Positions 7,305 to 15,425 of a stretch of DNA of 31,390 nucleotides are shown piece by piece. The stretch spans positions 1-31,390 of the IMG/VR virus record IMGVR_UViG_3300020043_006887; one strand, given 5' to 3'. Below the pieces are notes generated by a model. The model ran no database searches. It was given only the letters and a program-made list of their open reading frames with translations, and had not been told where the DNA came from. Positions within the stretch are counted from its first letter, which is position 1. The number at the start of each line of letters is the position of its first letter. A program made the translations under genes and the position numbers. This stretch comes from a virus (Duplodnaviria > Caudoviricetes).

Positions 7305-8399
7305 TCACTTAGTGACGATCTGCTTCACGCTACCTGGGGCGTCGCCAGTATAATAGAAACCATCACTTCCAAGATAAATGTTCGTTTTCGAGTAAACTAT
7401 AGGAGGCCTCGCTCCCTTCATGGCGAAGTAAAAACTATCAGACAGCTTCTGGTGACCAACGTCGTTTGGAGCGAATTGTTTGTCAACCATGTCACCTGCT
7501 GAAAGCAAAGTACTATTATCAACAAGAGTGACTGAGCGTCCGTCGTCAGTAAAGTTTTTTACAAGATCAGCTATTATTGCATTGAATGTTGTGAACTGAG
7601 CGCCGGAACATGGGTCGCCAGGAAGCGAAGTTTTAAAAATATTAGCAACGTATACTGATGCAGCTGCAGGCTGCGTGCTCCCGGCGATATACTCTATGCC
7701 AACAGTACCAGATACCATTTTGATAACTACGGTATGTGCCCCAGCCGCAAGCCCAGAAAACCTGAACGTCGCTGGCGCTCTATAAATTCCAGCGCTCGTC
7801 TGGAATCCTTCACCATTGCTAGAAATACGGCCAACAGAAGTACCATCTACAAAAACCTCTGCATCGCCTGCCAAAGGTTTACCGAAGGCGTCCTCTAGAA
7901 TTACACCAACATATACCGCTGTTCCGGATACACGCGCAGAAGCTGTAGCGGACTTATCGTTACTGGCCTTCCCAACGGACCACGTATCTTTAGGATTTAC
8001 CCATTTTCCCGTTAGGGTCATCATGGCATCACGCATTGTCACACGAGTTGGCATGATTTGCGATGCGATCACCTCTCTTAGGATGTTCTTATAATGAGCT
8101 TTAGCGATCGCAGTTGGATATTTTCTGCAATCTGTTGCCCCAAGCATTACGGTAATCGTGTCTGTCGCGGCAGAGGTTACACCCCTCGCTACAATTGCCT
8201 GATCGGCAGCCTGAGCATTAACAGCAGAATAATTAGAAGTAGTAGCCGTTAAAGCAGCATCAAGAACAGACACGTATGACTTGGCGGGGATAGAGGCCCC
8301 AAGTCCCAACGTTACTTCATCCCCAAAATGCTTACTTCCTGCGAAAGAAATGGATGACGCCAATAACATTGCACATATGATGGTGAATATTTTTATCAT
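7305..8399 (-). CDS. secreted SGNH/GDSL-fold protein with degenerate catalytic motifs and inserted beta-rich domain
   Basis: Signal peptide; block-like motifs FGDEVT, MLGATD and DKQFAPNDVGH. Confidence 0.65.
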   Translation of the reverse strand: MIKIFTIICAMLLASSISFAGSKHFGDEVTLGLGASIPAKSYVSVLDAALTATTSNYSAVNAQAADQAIVARGVTSAATDTITVMLGATDCRKYPTAIAKAHYKNILREVIASQIMPTRVTMRDAMMTLTGKWVNPKDTWSVGKASNDKSATASARVSGTAVYVGVILEDAFGKPLAGDAEVFVDGTSVGRISSNGEGFQTSAGIYRAPATFRFSGLAAGAHTVVIKMVSGTVGIEYIAGSTQPAAASVYVANIFKTSLPGDPCSGAQFTTFNAIIADLVKNFTDDGRSVTLVDNSTLLSAGDMVDKQFAPNDVGHQKLSDSFYFAMKGARPPIVYSKTNIYLGSDGFYYTGDAPGSVKQIVTK

Positions 8400-8782
8400 C
8401 GTAACACCGTAATTGTGAATGGGGTGCTGTATATTGTTGATCCGTTATAATCTGTGGTGACAAACGACACTACGAGAAGGTCGTCTGCGTAAACATACGC
8501 ATTAGCTATGGCCACACCACTTGGAAGTGTAGATGATGCCGCAAAAAGAATTCTGTCTCCTGCATGTATCCCGGCAACATATAATAAAAAATTTGAAGTT
8601 GCGTATGGAGGTATATATCCCAAATACCAATCTACATTTTGGTAGAAGGTATTTGTAGTCGCAGAAAATCCGTTAGGAGGAACAGATCCTACAACTGCTG
8701 TTTCACCCGTCCCAATCTGCGCGTTTGCGTGATCGATATTTGAAAAGCATAGGAGAGAAAGTACAATGAAGATAAATCTCAT
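8396..8782 (-). CDS. secreted hypothetical protein
   Basis: MRFIFIVLSLLCFSNIDHANA signal peptide; ATGA-coupled. Confidence 0.75.
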   Translation of the reverse strand: MRFIFIVLSLLCFSNIDHANAQIGTGETAVVGSVPPNGFSATTNTFYQNVDWYLGYIPPYATSNFLLYVAGIHAGDRILFAASSTLPSGVAIANAYVYADDLLVVSFVTTDYNGSTIYSTPFTITVLR

Positions 8783-9318
8783 TGGATATCTCCACTAATG
8801 AAGGCATGCGCACTTTCTGTTTTATCAAAACAACCTGTCGTGCTTACAGCAATGACGATTCCATTTGTGAATTTAGGGGGGGAAGTAAATCCATACGACC
8901 TAGACGGCGTATTGGCTGGAACGCCATAACACTTGGCAGACGTATTGGGTGGCGTAAGCGGTCCATCTGCAGGAGCAGACGTGGCATCGAAGATCATGAT
9001 CCACCAAGGTGACTGCAGCAATGTGCTGTCTACAGATACTTGAAATCCGGTTAGGCTCTTGTTGGCAGAGGCTGGTATTGCAAGATTTGAAGCAATCGCT
9101 GTGGTTGAGCTATACGCTGTTGGTGTTCCTGCAGAAACAGAAACAGTTCCCTTAATACATTGATTGCCATCTTTATCCTGATAGATTGGCTTTGCTTTTC
9201 CAAGATCATATTGTGCCGGAGGGTTGCTGCAGCTATCTATGACGATAGCCTGATCAGCTCGAACAGACCCATGAAAAAAGAACAGCACAAAGAGTGCCGT
9301 CGCAAGAATGCGAAGCAT
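8779..9318 (-). CDS. secreted beta-rich hypothetical protein
   Basis: MLRILATALFVLFFFHGSVRA signal peptide, GAGAGG RBS and four Cys. Confidence 0.75.
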   Translation of the reverse strand: MLRILATALFVLFFFHGSVRADQAIVIDSCSNPPAQYDLGKAKPIYQDKDGNQCIKGTVSVSAGTPTAYSSTTAIASNLAIPASANKSLTGFQVSVDSTLLQSPWWIMIFDATSAPADGPLTPPNTSAKCYGVPANTPSRSYGFTSPPKFTNGIVIAVSTTGCFDKTESAHAFISGDIQ

Positions 9319-9348
9319 TGGGTAACCTCTCTTATGTAGATTTAAGTT

Positions 9349-9678
9349 TTAGGAGTATTGGCCGTCGATGCCGGCACGGCGAGAACCGCGGATAAAACCC
9401 TCTCCACGTCGGAGGTCTGAAAGCTCTTTAGCCATTACCTGGATGTTACCTTCCGCAGCGACAATGCGCAAATCAGATAGCGCTATTTGCTTTTCGTTTG
9501 TGGTCTGCTTTTCTGCTAGTGACACCAAAATGGTTTTAACGGTGTCTTCGATAGATTTGACACGATAGTCTAGCATATCCAACCTGCTGCCGAACTTATG
9601 CCAGCTTCCGATAAACCCTATGAGCGCCAGAGCGATAACGATTAGATTTCCGACATTGATATTTAAATCAAACGTCAT
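9349..9678 (-). CDS. single-TM coiled-coil protein (lysis accessory, holin- or i-spanin-like)
   Basis: N-terminal TM followed by a coiled-coil-like region; downstream of the lysozyme and holin-like genes. Confidence 0.55.
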   Translation of the reverse strand: MTFDLNINVGNLIVIALALIGFIGSWHKFGSRLDMLDYRVKSIEDTVKTILVSLAEKQTTNEKQIALSDLRIVAAEGNIQVMAKELSDLRRGEGFIRGSRRAGIDGQYS

Positions 9679-9688
9679 GATGAGATTT

Positions 9689-9798
9689 CCTAGCCGTTAA
9701 GGAATTGCAGCTAGGACCATTCCCAGCCTTTCGACGAATTTCAGTTCGTTGGAAGGTTAGGGCGTCAGCCAGTGTTCAGACTGGCTGACGCCCGTTTT
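9689..9798 (+). ncRNA. candidate structured antisense RNA / + strand terminator in lysis region
   Basis: Three hairpins; one has G-U pairs only on the + strand, and the last is a perfect 14-bp stem followed by GTTTT. Confidence 0.4.
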
Positions 9799-10304
9799 CA
9801 TTTTTGCTTTTGAGTGACAGTTGAAGGCGCGACAGCGTTAGTTGCTGCCATTCTTTGTTGACCGCGCACCATCATGCGATCACCGAACCAGAAGCCCATG
9901 ATGGCACCGAAGATAGCTGACGTGTTTTCATCCCATATCAACTTCACCAACTGCCCAAGGTCGTAGCCGCTGTTGATGCCGTAGATCGTGAGACAAACTT
10001 CCAGAAATATCCAAAGATGGAAGAAGATCAGCGTAATATAAGGACGGACAAAAACGGCCAGTGCGTCCACAAAACGGACCCCAGAAGGGCCGCTAGCCAA
10101 CTCATAAATATGGTCCGCCTGTCGAATATCAGCCTGAGCATTCGCAAGATCAATCTGTAACGCGATGCCGTCTTTAGCAGCCTGCATCTGGAGTTCAGCG
10201 ATTGCGAGTTGCTGGGCATTGTTAGCCTTTAACGTTAGCCATTGCATGATCGCAGGGACCATGCCGGTAACTGCACCGAGGATGGCGACGATGCCGGTGA
10301 TCAC
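9798..10304 (-). CDS. holin-like multi-TM protein
   Basis: N-terminal hydrophobic segment, VRPYIT motif, two C-terminal TMs ending GFWFGDR; lies in the lysis cassette. Confidence 0.65.
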   Translation of the reverse strand: MITGIVAILGAVTGMVPAIMQWLTLKANNAQQLAIAELQMQAAKDGIALQIDLANAQADIRQADHIYELASGPSGVRFVDALAVFVRPYITLIFFHLWIFLEVCLTIYGINSGYDLGQLVKLIWDENTSAIFGAIMGFWFGDRMMVRGQQRMAATNAVAPSTVTQKQK

Positions 10305-10543
10305 GGCTTGCTCGCGAGGTTTTGGATCGCTGCATCTTTTTGGGCAGACCCGGACGACGACCCAACCCAGAAACTCACTACCTGTCCAAACGCCGCCCCC
10401 AGCGCACCTAGCATCACAAGCATTACTTCCGGTGGGGCGTTGCCTTGCGTCTTAGTGGTTATCACAAGGATAAGCACTCCCATGAACCCGACGGTCACGA
10501 TCACAGAGATCAGCACCCGCCCCCAGTCATTAAGGCCGTTCAT
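10301..10543 (-). CDS. two-TM holin-like protein
   Basis: Two TMs followed by FWVGSSSGS..KD; directly after the endolysin. Confidence 0.7.
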   Translation of the reverse strand: MNGLNDWGRVLISVIVTVGFMGVLILVITTKTQGNAPPEVMLVMLGALGAAFGQVVSFWVGSSSGSAQKDAAIQNLASKP

Positions 10544-11221
10544 CTACGCCCTCTTTGGTTTGAATAAATCCACAACCCTGCCCCAAAATGTCGGCGCGAG
10601 ATCAGGGCGCGTTGACCCGATTGGCGGTAAGGTAATTTCTGGCGGTATTGGTGTTTGTGCGCTGTCAGCGAATTTAATTGACGGATCTATCGCCATCATC
10701 GTCATCAACAGCCCGGCGCATCCAGGCTGGCTATCAACTGTATTCGGAGCGTAAACGCGATCGCGAATGTACTTGCCAGACGTGTATTGATTGGTGCCCG
10801 CCCAGATATAAGGAGAAGGTTTTCCCCTATTGGCGTAGCCAAGTCCGTTGTACATTTCCAACAGCGTCAGAGCGCCGCCGACGCTCCAATCCTTCCATTT
10901 GGCTGCGTAAGGCGAGCAATTCACAAGCGCATCTACCGCACCGTCTTCCCAGGTCTTGAACGGTCCTCGCCCTTTGGGGACATGAACCGATACCTTGTTA
11001 AGCGGGTCACCCTGCCCCAGCTGGGTGTTCCAGTTCTGTGAGGCTTCACGTTCATGGATGACCGCAATGACCCACCAAGGAACACCCGTCTTGGCTTCCA
11101 CCGTCTGATAGCGAGGTTTCGAAGCAATAAGCGACTTCGCAGCCAGACCTAACTTTCTGGTGAGCTTGGCATCCGCCCAGCGCTTTGCATTCGCCTGTTT
11201 AAGAGCGTTGATATCGGTCAT
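10544..11221 (-). CDS. endolysin, lysozyme-like (COG5526-type)
   Basis: IAVIHEREAS (catalytic Glu region), GDPL, YNGLGY and SPYIWAGT..Y..GKY. Confidence 0.85.
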   Translation of the reverse strand: MTDINALKQANAKRWADAKLTRKLGLAAKSLIASKPRYQTVEAKTGVPWWVIAVIHEREASQNWNTQLGQGDPLNKVSVHVPKGRGPFKTWEDGAVDALVNCSPYAAKWKDWSVGGALTLLEMYNGLGYANRGKPSPYIWAGTNQYTSGKYIRDRVYAPNTVDSQPGCAGLLMTMMAIDPSIKFADSAQTPIPPEITLPPIGSTRPDLAPTFWGRVVDLFKPKRA

Positions 11222-11241
11222 AACTGGTCTTTCGTGTAGGA

Positions 11242-12426
11242 CTATCGAGCGCGACGAGCGTGGAGGGCGCCGAATGCTGTAAGCGTGCTGACTGTAAAAG
11301 TGCCCAAGGCGATAAGATATACTGTCGTTGTTGCTGCAAGGCTCAATCGATAAGGCCCTACCGGAATAGCGTAAGTTAGACCGGAGGTCGGAACTATCTC
11401 ACCGAAATATAGAAGACTTGCTTTGCCGGGCGTGACATCGATAGTGTTCGTGGTACCTGATAAGTACGCTCCCACATTCGTGACGGCGGTAGTGGCCGCA
11501 GTGTTGTACGAGACGTTTCCGGAAACATCCCAATCACCAGCTGGCAGAGATATGCTTGTTACCGTCTTGGCTACAGTCGAAGTCAGAGAGACTGCGGAAC
11601 CAGTTAAGACAACACTCTGAATATACTCGCCGACATTGCCAGACGTTGCGCTGCCCGTAGTTGGTTCGCCCGGATATTGACCGGCGCTGACCGTTACTCC
11701 GCTGACTTGCAAAACGTTGCCTGTGCCAGTGGAGTTGAATGTCTTGTTGGTCAGAACATCAGTGGTTGCCTTTCCTACCAGCGTATCGGTGCCAACAGGC
11801 AGTGTAAGCACATTTGAACCGGCCACTGCTTGCGCATCAAGGGTAACCGCACCGCTGGTTGAGCCCGCGATCTTTAGTCGCCCAACCGCTCCAGCAGAAC
11901 CAAACGTCTTAATACCGGTTACAGTCTCAGTGTTTCCGAGCGTCATGACAGTGCCGGACGCGGCCGGGCCTGTCAGCACGGTCCCGTCAATCAGTGTGAG
12001 CGTTGCTGACGTCGCAGGCGGGGTGATGATGACCTTATCGTAGGTTCCATTGGTGAACGTCGCGCCCACGAACGTGCCACCCGTCACTGTTTTCCCGGTA
12101 AAGGTCAGCGCCGCTGGAAGGGAGAGCGTTGGGTTACCAGCAGTCCCCGCCCCGTTCGTAACGGTTACTTCGTTCGCTGTGCCCGTCAGCGTTCTCTTGG
12201 TGAAGGCATCTGGGCCTGTTTGAGTGAGTAAACCCGGGGTAGCGTCAAGTGCCGCTAATGCTACAAGCGTGTCATCGATCGGTTGGAAGATTCCACCGAA
12301 AATTACGGTAATAGCGGCGATGTCTAAGCTGAAGTCATATCTTACACCAGTTATGGTGAGGATGATTGGGCTTTGGGCAGTCACGTCCGCCGGGAATTGC
12401 GTGCGAACTTTTAACTTAAGCGCCAT
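11242..12426 (-). CDS. tail fibre / virion appendage protein
   Basis: Thr/Gly/Ala-rich; LTNKT motif; SISLPAGDWDV C-terminal domain ending ARRAR. Confidence 0.7.
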   Translation of the reverse strand: MALKLKVRTQFPADVTAQSPIILTITGVRYDFSLDIAAITVIFGGIFQPIDDTLVALAALDATPGLLTQTGPDAFTKRTLTGTANEVTVTNGAGTAGNPTLSLPAALTFTGKTVTGGTFVGATFTNGTYDKVIITPPATSATLTLIDGTVLTGPAASGTVMTLGNTETVTGIKTFGSAGAVGRLKIAGSTSGAVTLDAQAVAGSNVLTLPVGTDTLVGKATTDVLTNKTFNSTGTGNVLQVSGVTVSAGQYPGEPTTGSATSGNVGEYIQSVVLTGSAVSLTSTVAKTVTSISLPAGDWDVSGNVSYNTAATTAVTNVGAYLSGTTNTIDVTPGKASLLYFGEIVPTSGLTYAIPVGPYRLSLAATTTVYLIALGTFTVSTLTAFGALHARRAR

Positions 12427-12428
12427 CT

Positions 12429-12806
12429 TTAGTTTCCTTCAAGCACAGCGATGGTGCCGATGATGATGTCGGCGACAAATCCGTCGATGGTGACTTTCAC
12501 GCCTAGCTTGTAGGTACCGGCACATAGACGTGAGAGGTCAGTGTCCTCGAACTGCCACCAGAATCCAGGGCCTGGGACCATCACCTTGCCGTTCGCGATG
12601 GAAGCGGTTACGAGCGCTACAGTTGGGCCTGATGAAAAAACGTCGCAGCATCCATCCGGTAAGGCGCTGATCGTCACGACGATATCGACAGTCAGAGCTG
12701 GGTCGGTTAGGTCCGTTGTGGTCCCGTTCTGGTCATCGACGAGTTCGCAGATAGGACTCGGCCAAGTCCCCCGATTGGAGATTGTGGCGAACTGGCCTGT
12801 GTACAT
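12429..12806 (-). CDS. virion-associated protein (tail module)
   Basis: Acidic and beta-rich; adjacent to the tail fibre gene. Confidence 0.55.
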   Translation of the reverse strand: MYTGQFATISNRGTWPSPICELVDDQNGTTTDLTDPALTVDIVVTISALPDGCCDVFSSGPTVALVTASIANGKVMVPGPGFWWQFEDTDLSRLCAGTYKLGVKVTIDGFVADIIIGTIAVLEGN

Positions 12807-12823
12807 TTTTGAACCTTGAAATG

Positions 12824-12851
12824 AAAAAGGCGGCCCCGAAGGACCGCCTTT
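12824..12851 (-). terminator. Rho-independent terminator
   Basis: AAAGGCGGTCC-TTCG-GGGCCGCCTTTTT on the - strand. Confidence 0.75.
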
Positions 12852-13013
12852 GTTGGAATGAGCAGATTATAAACGCCGAACCTGCCGTTAATGTAGCCTA
12901 CCAAACAGTGCCAAGCGGTGTAAGCTTGTTATAATTAACTACAAAACTTCTTGATTTTACTCACAAATTACAAAAAACTGCTAAATCAACACTCTGCAGA
13001 AAATCCACTATCC

Positions 13014-13060
13014 ATACATTTTTGTGTATTGACGATGTGTATACAAATATGAACTATACT
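13014..13060 (+). promoter_or_regulatory. putative TA promoter/operator
   Basis: TTGACG at 13029-13034; ATACA-N6-TGTAT at 13014-13029; palindrome TGTATACA at 13038-13045. The -10 element is ambiguous. Confidence 0.4.
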
Positions 13061-13172
13061 CACAACTATCACCGCTATCACCATCATCACCATCCAAATA
13101 CTCGATATGAGATGCAAAACCTAAATCACCATCACAACAACGATCAAGCTCAGAAACCGAAAGAGGACGCCA

Positions 13173-13487
13173 ATGGCCCCCGCCGCCGCAACGAACACGC
13201 GCTCGGCAGAACTGGAAACTGCAACACGAACCACGTCCATAAACATACGCGTGTCCCAAGTAACCCGCCAATTGATCGACACGGCAGCAGCTGTAGTAGG
13301 TAAATCGCGTACTGAGTTTATGTTGGAGAGTGCAAGACAACATGCAATCGACGTACTTTTAGATCAGCGGCTGTTTGTTTTGAACGCTGAACAGCATGAC
13401 GCTTTCATGAATGCCTTGAATAATCCTCCATTACCAAATGCCGAATTGAAAAAACTGCTATCGAGTAAATCCCCATGGGAGAAGTGA
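13173..13487 (+). CDS. DUF1778 ribbon-helix-helix antitoxin (TacA/AtaR family)
   Basis: INIRV...LIDTAA...GKSRTEFMLESA...LLDQRLFVL...F..AL.NPP.PN..L; upstream of and overlapping a GNAT gene. Confidence 0.92.
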   Translation: MAPAAATNTRSAELETATRTTSINIRVSQVTRQLIDTAAAVVGKSRTEFMLESARQHAIDVLLDQRLFVLNAEQHDAFMNALNNPPLPNAELKKLLSSKSPWEK

Positions 13488-14002
13488 CCGATATAGGTAT
13501 CGCGTTTGGAGGGAAACTAACACCTCCAAGCGCGATTACTTCCGCTCACGATTTAACTCAATTTCACTGCGCTAAAGAGCCTCTTGATGATTGGCTCCGA
13601 TTCCACGCGCTAAAAAATGAAGGCCGCTCATCTCGAACATATATTGTTTCTGAAGGGCGTATTGCAATTGGCTATTATTGCCTTTCAACAGGAGCAGAAA
13701 AGTTAGCCAGCCTGCCATCAAAACTTAAACGCAATAGCCCTGATCCTGTACCGTTAATATTACTTGGACGTCTTGCGGTGGATTTAAACCATCAAGGAAG
13801 AGGTATTGGCGCAGGCCTTCTCAAAGATGCATTAAGACGCGTTTCTCAGGTTTCAAATGTAGTAGGTAGCCGAGCGCTGATCGTTCATGCCATCGATCAG
13901 AACGCTATGGCATTTTACATTAAATACGGATTCCGCGAGTTTCCATACGGGTCGCAAACTATGTTTTTGCCGATGGAAACGATAATTGCTGGTATCACCT
14001 AA
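13475..14002 (+). CDS. GNAT acetyltransferase toxin (TacT/AtaT family)
   Basis: F.C...LDDWL, GYY, LLGRLAVD..HQGRGIG (acetyl-CoA loop), VHA and FY.KYGF. Confidence 0.92.
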   Translation: MGEVTDIGIAFGGKLTPPSAITSAHDLTQFHCAKEPLDDWLRFHALKNEGRSSRTYIVSEGRIAIGYYCLSTGAEKLASLPSKLKRNSPDPVPLILLGRLAVDLNHQGRGIGAGLLKDALRRVSQVSNVVGSRALIVHAIDQNAMAFYIKYGFREFPYGSQTMFLPMETIIAGIT

Positions 14003-14066
14003 TCGCCCTCTTTTACACGGACCCCCTCCCTTGTTCGATCTGGGGTTGTGGTGGTAGAGGTGTGGA

Positions 14067-14702
14067 ATGCACCCAATGTCAATAATCCGCCGCCTCTTTC
14101 CGCCCGCAGAAACGCTTGACGGTTACGAGCATCCGGAGCTTGTCGATGTCATCTTTCAGAAAACGAAGGCCTACCAACCGACCGAAGCGTGGCAGGAGAT
14201 GGATGGCGTTTCGTCTGTTCTAGATTTCGGCGGCGGCTGCGGTCTGCACTACAAGCAGGCCAATTCCCCGAGCATTCGTTGGGCCGTTGTCGAGACACCC
14301 GCGATGATTAATCGGGCTAAGGAGCTTTCAACTGACCGCCTGCAATTCTTCAGCAGCATTTCAGAAGCGGCAACGTGGCTTGGAACAGTCGATACGATGT
14401 TTTCGAATGGCACATTGCAGTGTGTGCCATCACCAGAAAAGACGCTGGCTGAACTCTGCGGACTTAACGCCAAAACAATGCTTTGGCAGCGAACTTGGTT
14501 ATCAAGAGATGCAACCGAAAAAGGTATGCAAAAATCATATTTAAGCGACAACGGGCCCGGTAAGTTGCGGGTCAAAGAGAAGTACGTCAGCTATCCATTT
14601 ATCAAAATTCCGGAGCAGGTTTTTTTCAATGCCCACTCAGTCTATTCGCTTATCGATCGAGGACCAGATCGATTTCGGTTTAGACTTCAGAGCTTAAGAT
14701 AA
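14067..14702 (+). CDS. class I SAM-dependent methyltransferase (LIC12133/TIGR04325-like)
   Basis: VLDFGGGCGLHY motif I; W.VVETP; SNGTLQ. Confidence 0.8.
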   Translation: MHPMSIIRRLFPPAETLDGYEHPELVDVIFQKTKAYQPTEAWQEMDGVSSVLDFGGGCGLHYKQANSPSIRWAVVETPAMINRAKELSTDRLQFFSSISEAATWLGTVDTMFSNGTLQCVPSPEKTLAELCGLNAKTMLWQRTWLSRDATEKGMQKSYLSDNGPGKLRVKEKYVSYPFIKIPEQVFFNAHSVYSLIDRGPDRFRFRLQSLR

Positions 14703-15415
14703 TGCGTGATGTAGTGACAGGTTTTTACACTAGTGTTCTTGAACGCCTTATTGATCAGGGCGCAATCTCTATTTCGGATAGCGTTCTTATCGTCTGTGGC
14801 GGTCCACTAGACGAAGGGGTTGCGCGTAAAATAGGATTTAAAAACTGCACGATCACAAATATAGATAGCGAGACGTCCGCAGAATGCGAGCGGCAAGATG
14901 TGGAGAATTTAAGTTATGAAAATCAAACATTCGACATTGTAATCGTGCATGCCGGGCTTCATCATTGTTATTCTCCACATCGTGCACTTCTTGAAATGTA
15001 TCGGGTGGCTAGAAAGTGCATAATTGCGTTTGAGTCTCGCGATAGCATTTTAATGCGTACCGCTGTGCGGCTTGGATTAACACTTGATTATGAAATCAAC
15101 AGCGTTACGGAAGACGGTCGAGGCGGCGTTGCAGAAAGCGGAGTCCCAAACTTCATTTATCGATGGACTGAACGCGATGTACGAAAAACAATAGCCAGTT
15201 TTGATCCGGTTAGAATTCCAAGCATTAAGTTTTTCTATGATTTGCGAATCCCAATTCAACGCTTTACACAAGACGAAAATAGAGTTTGGCGCGCTATCGG
15301 TACATTGGTCGAGCCAATGTCAAAGATATTTGCCAAACTATTCCCAAGCCAATGCAACGAATTTGCTTTTACCATTTTTAAAAAAAACGATCTTCATCCA
15401 TGGATTAATCAGTGA
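14702..15415 (+). CDS. class I SAM-dependent methyltransferase (Methyltransf_11-like)
   Basis: VLIVCGG, QDVENLSY...FDIV..HAGLHH...ALLEMYRV; TAATG-coupled to the first methyltransferase. Confidence 0.85.
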   Translation: MRDVVTGFYTSVLERLIDQGAISISDSVLIVCGGPLDEGVARKIGFKNCTITNIDSETSAECERQDVENLSYENQTFDIVIVHAGLHHCYSPHRALLEMYRVARKCIIAFESRDSILMRTAVRLGLTLDYEINSVTEDGRGGVAESGVPNFIYRWTERDVRKTIASFDPVRIPSIKFFYDLRIPIQRFTQDENRVWRAIGTLVEPMSKIFAKLFPSQCNEFAFTIFKKNDLHPWINQ

Positions 15416-15425
15416 TAATTTTCCA

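Noticed and set aside
13053-13124. Thr/Ile-rich frame resembling a thr attenuator leader (TILTTITAITIITI)
   Set aside because: Preceded directly by TGA with no start codon before the tract, and no attenuator hairpins seen.
14067-15415. Restriction-modification DNA methyltransferases
   Set aside because: No DPPY/NPPY/SPPY or PCQ catalytic motifs and no nuclease partner.
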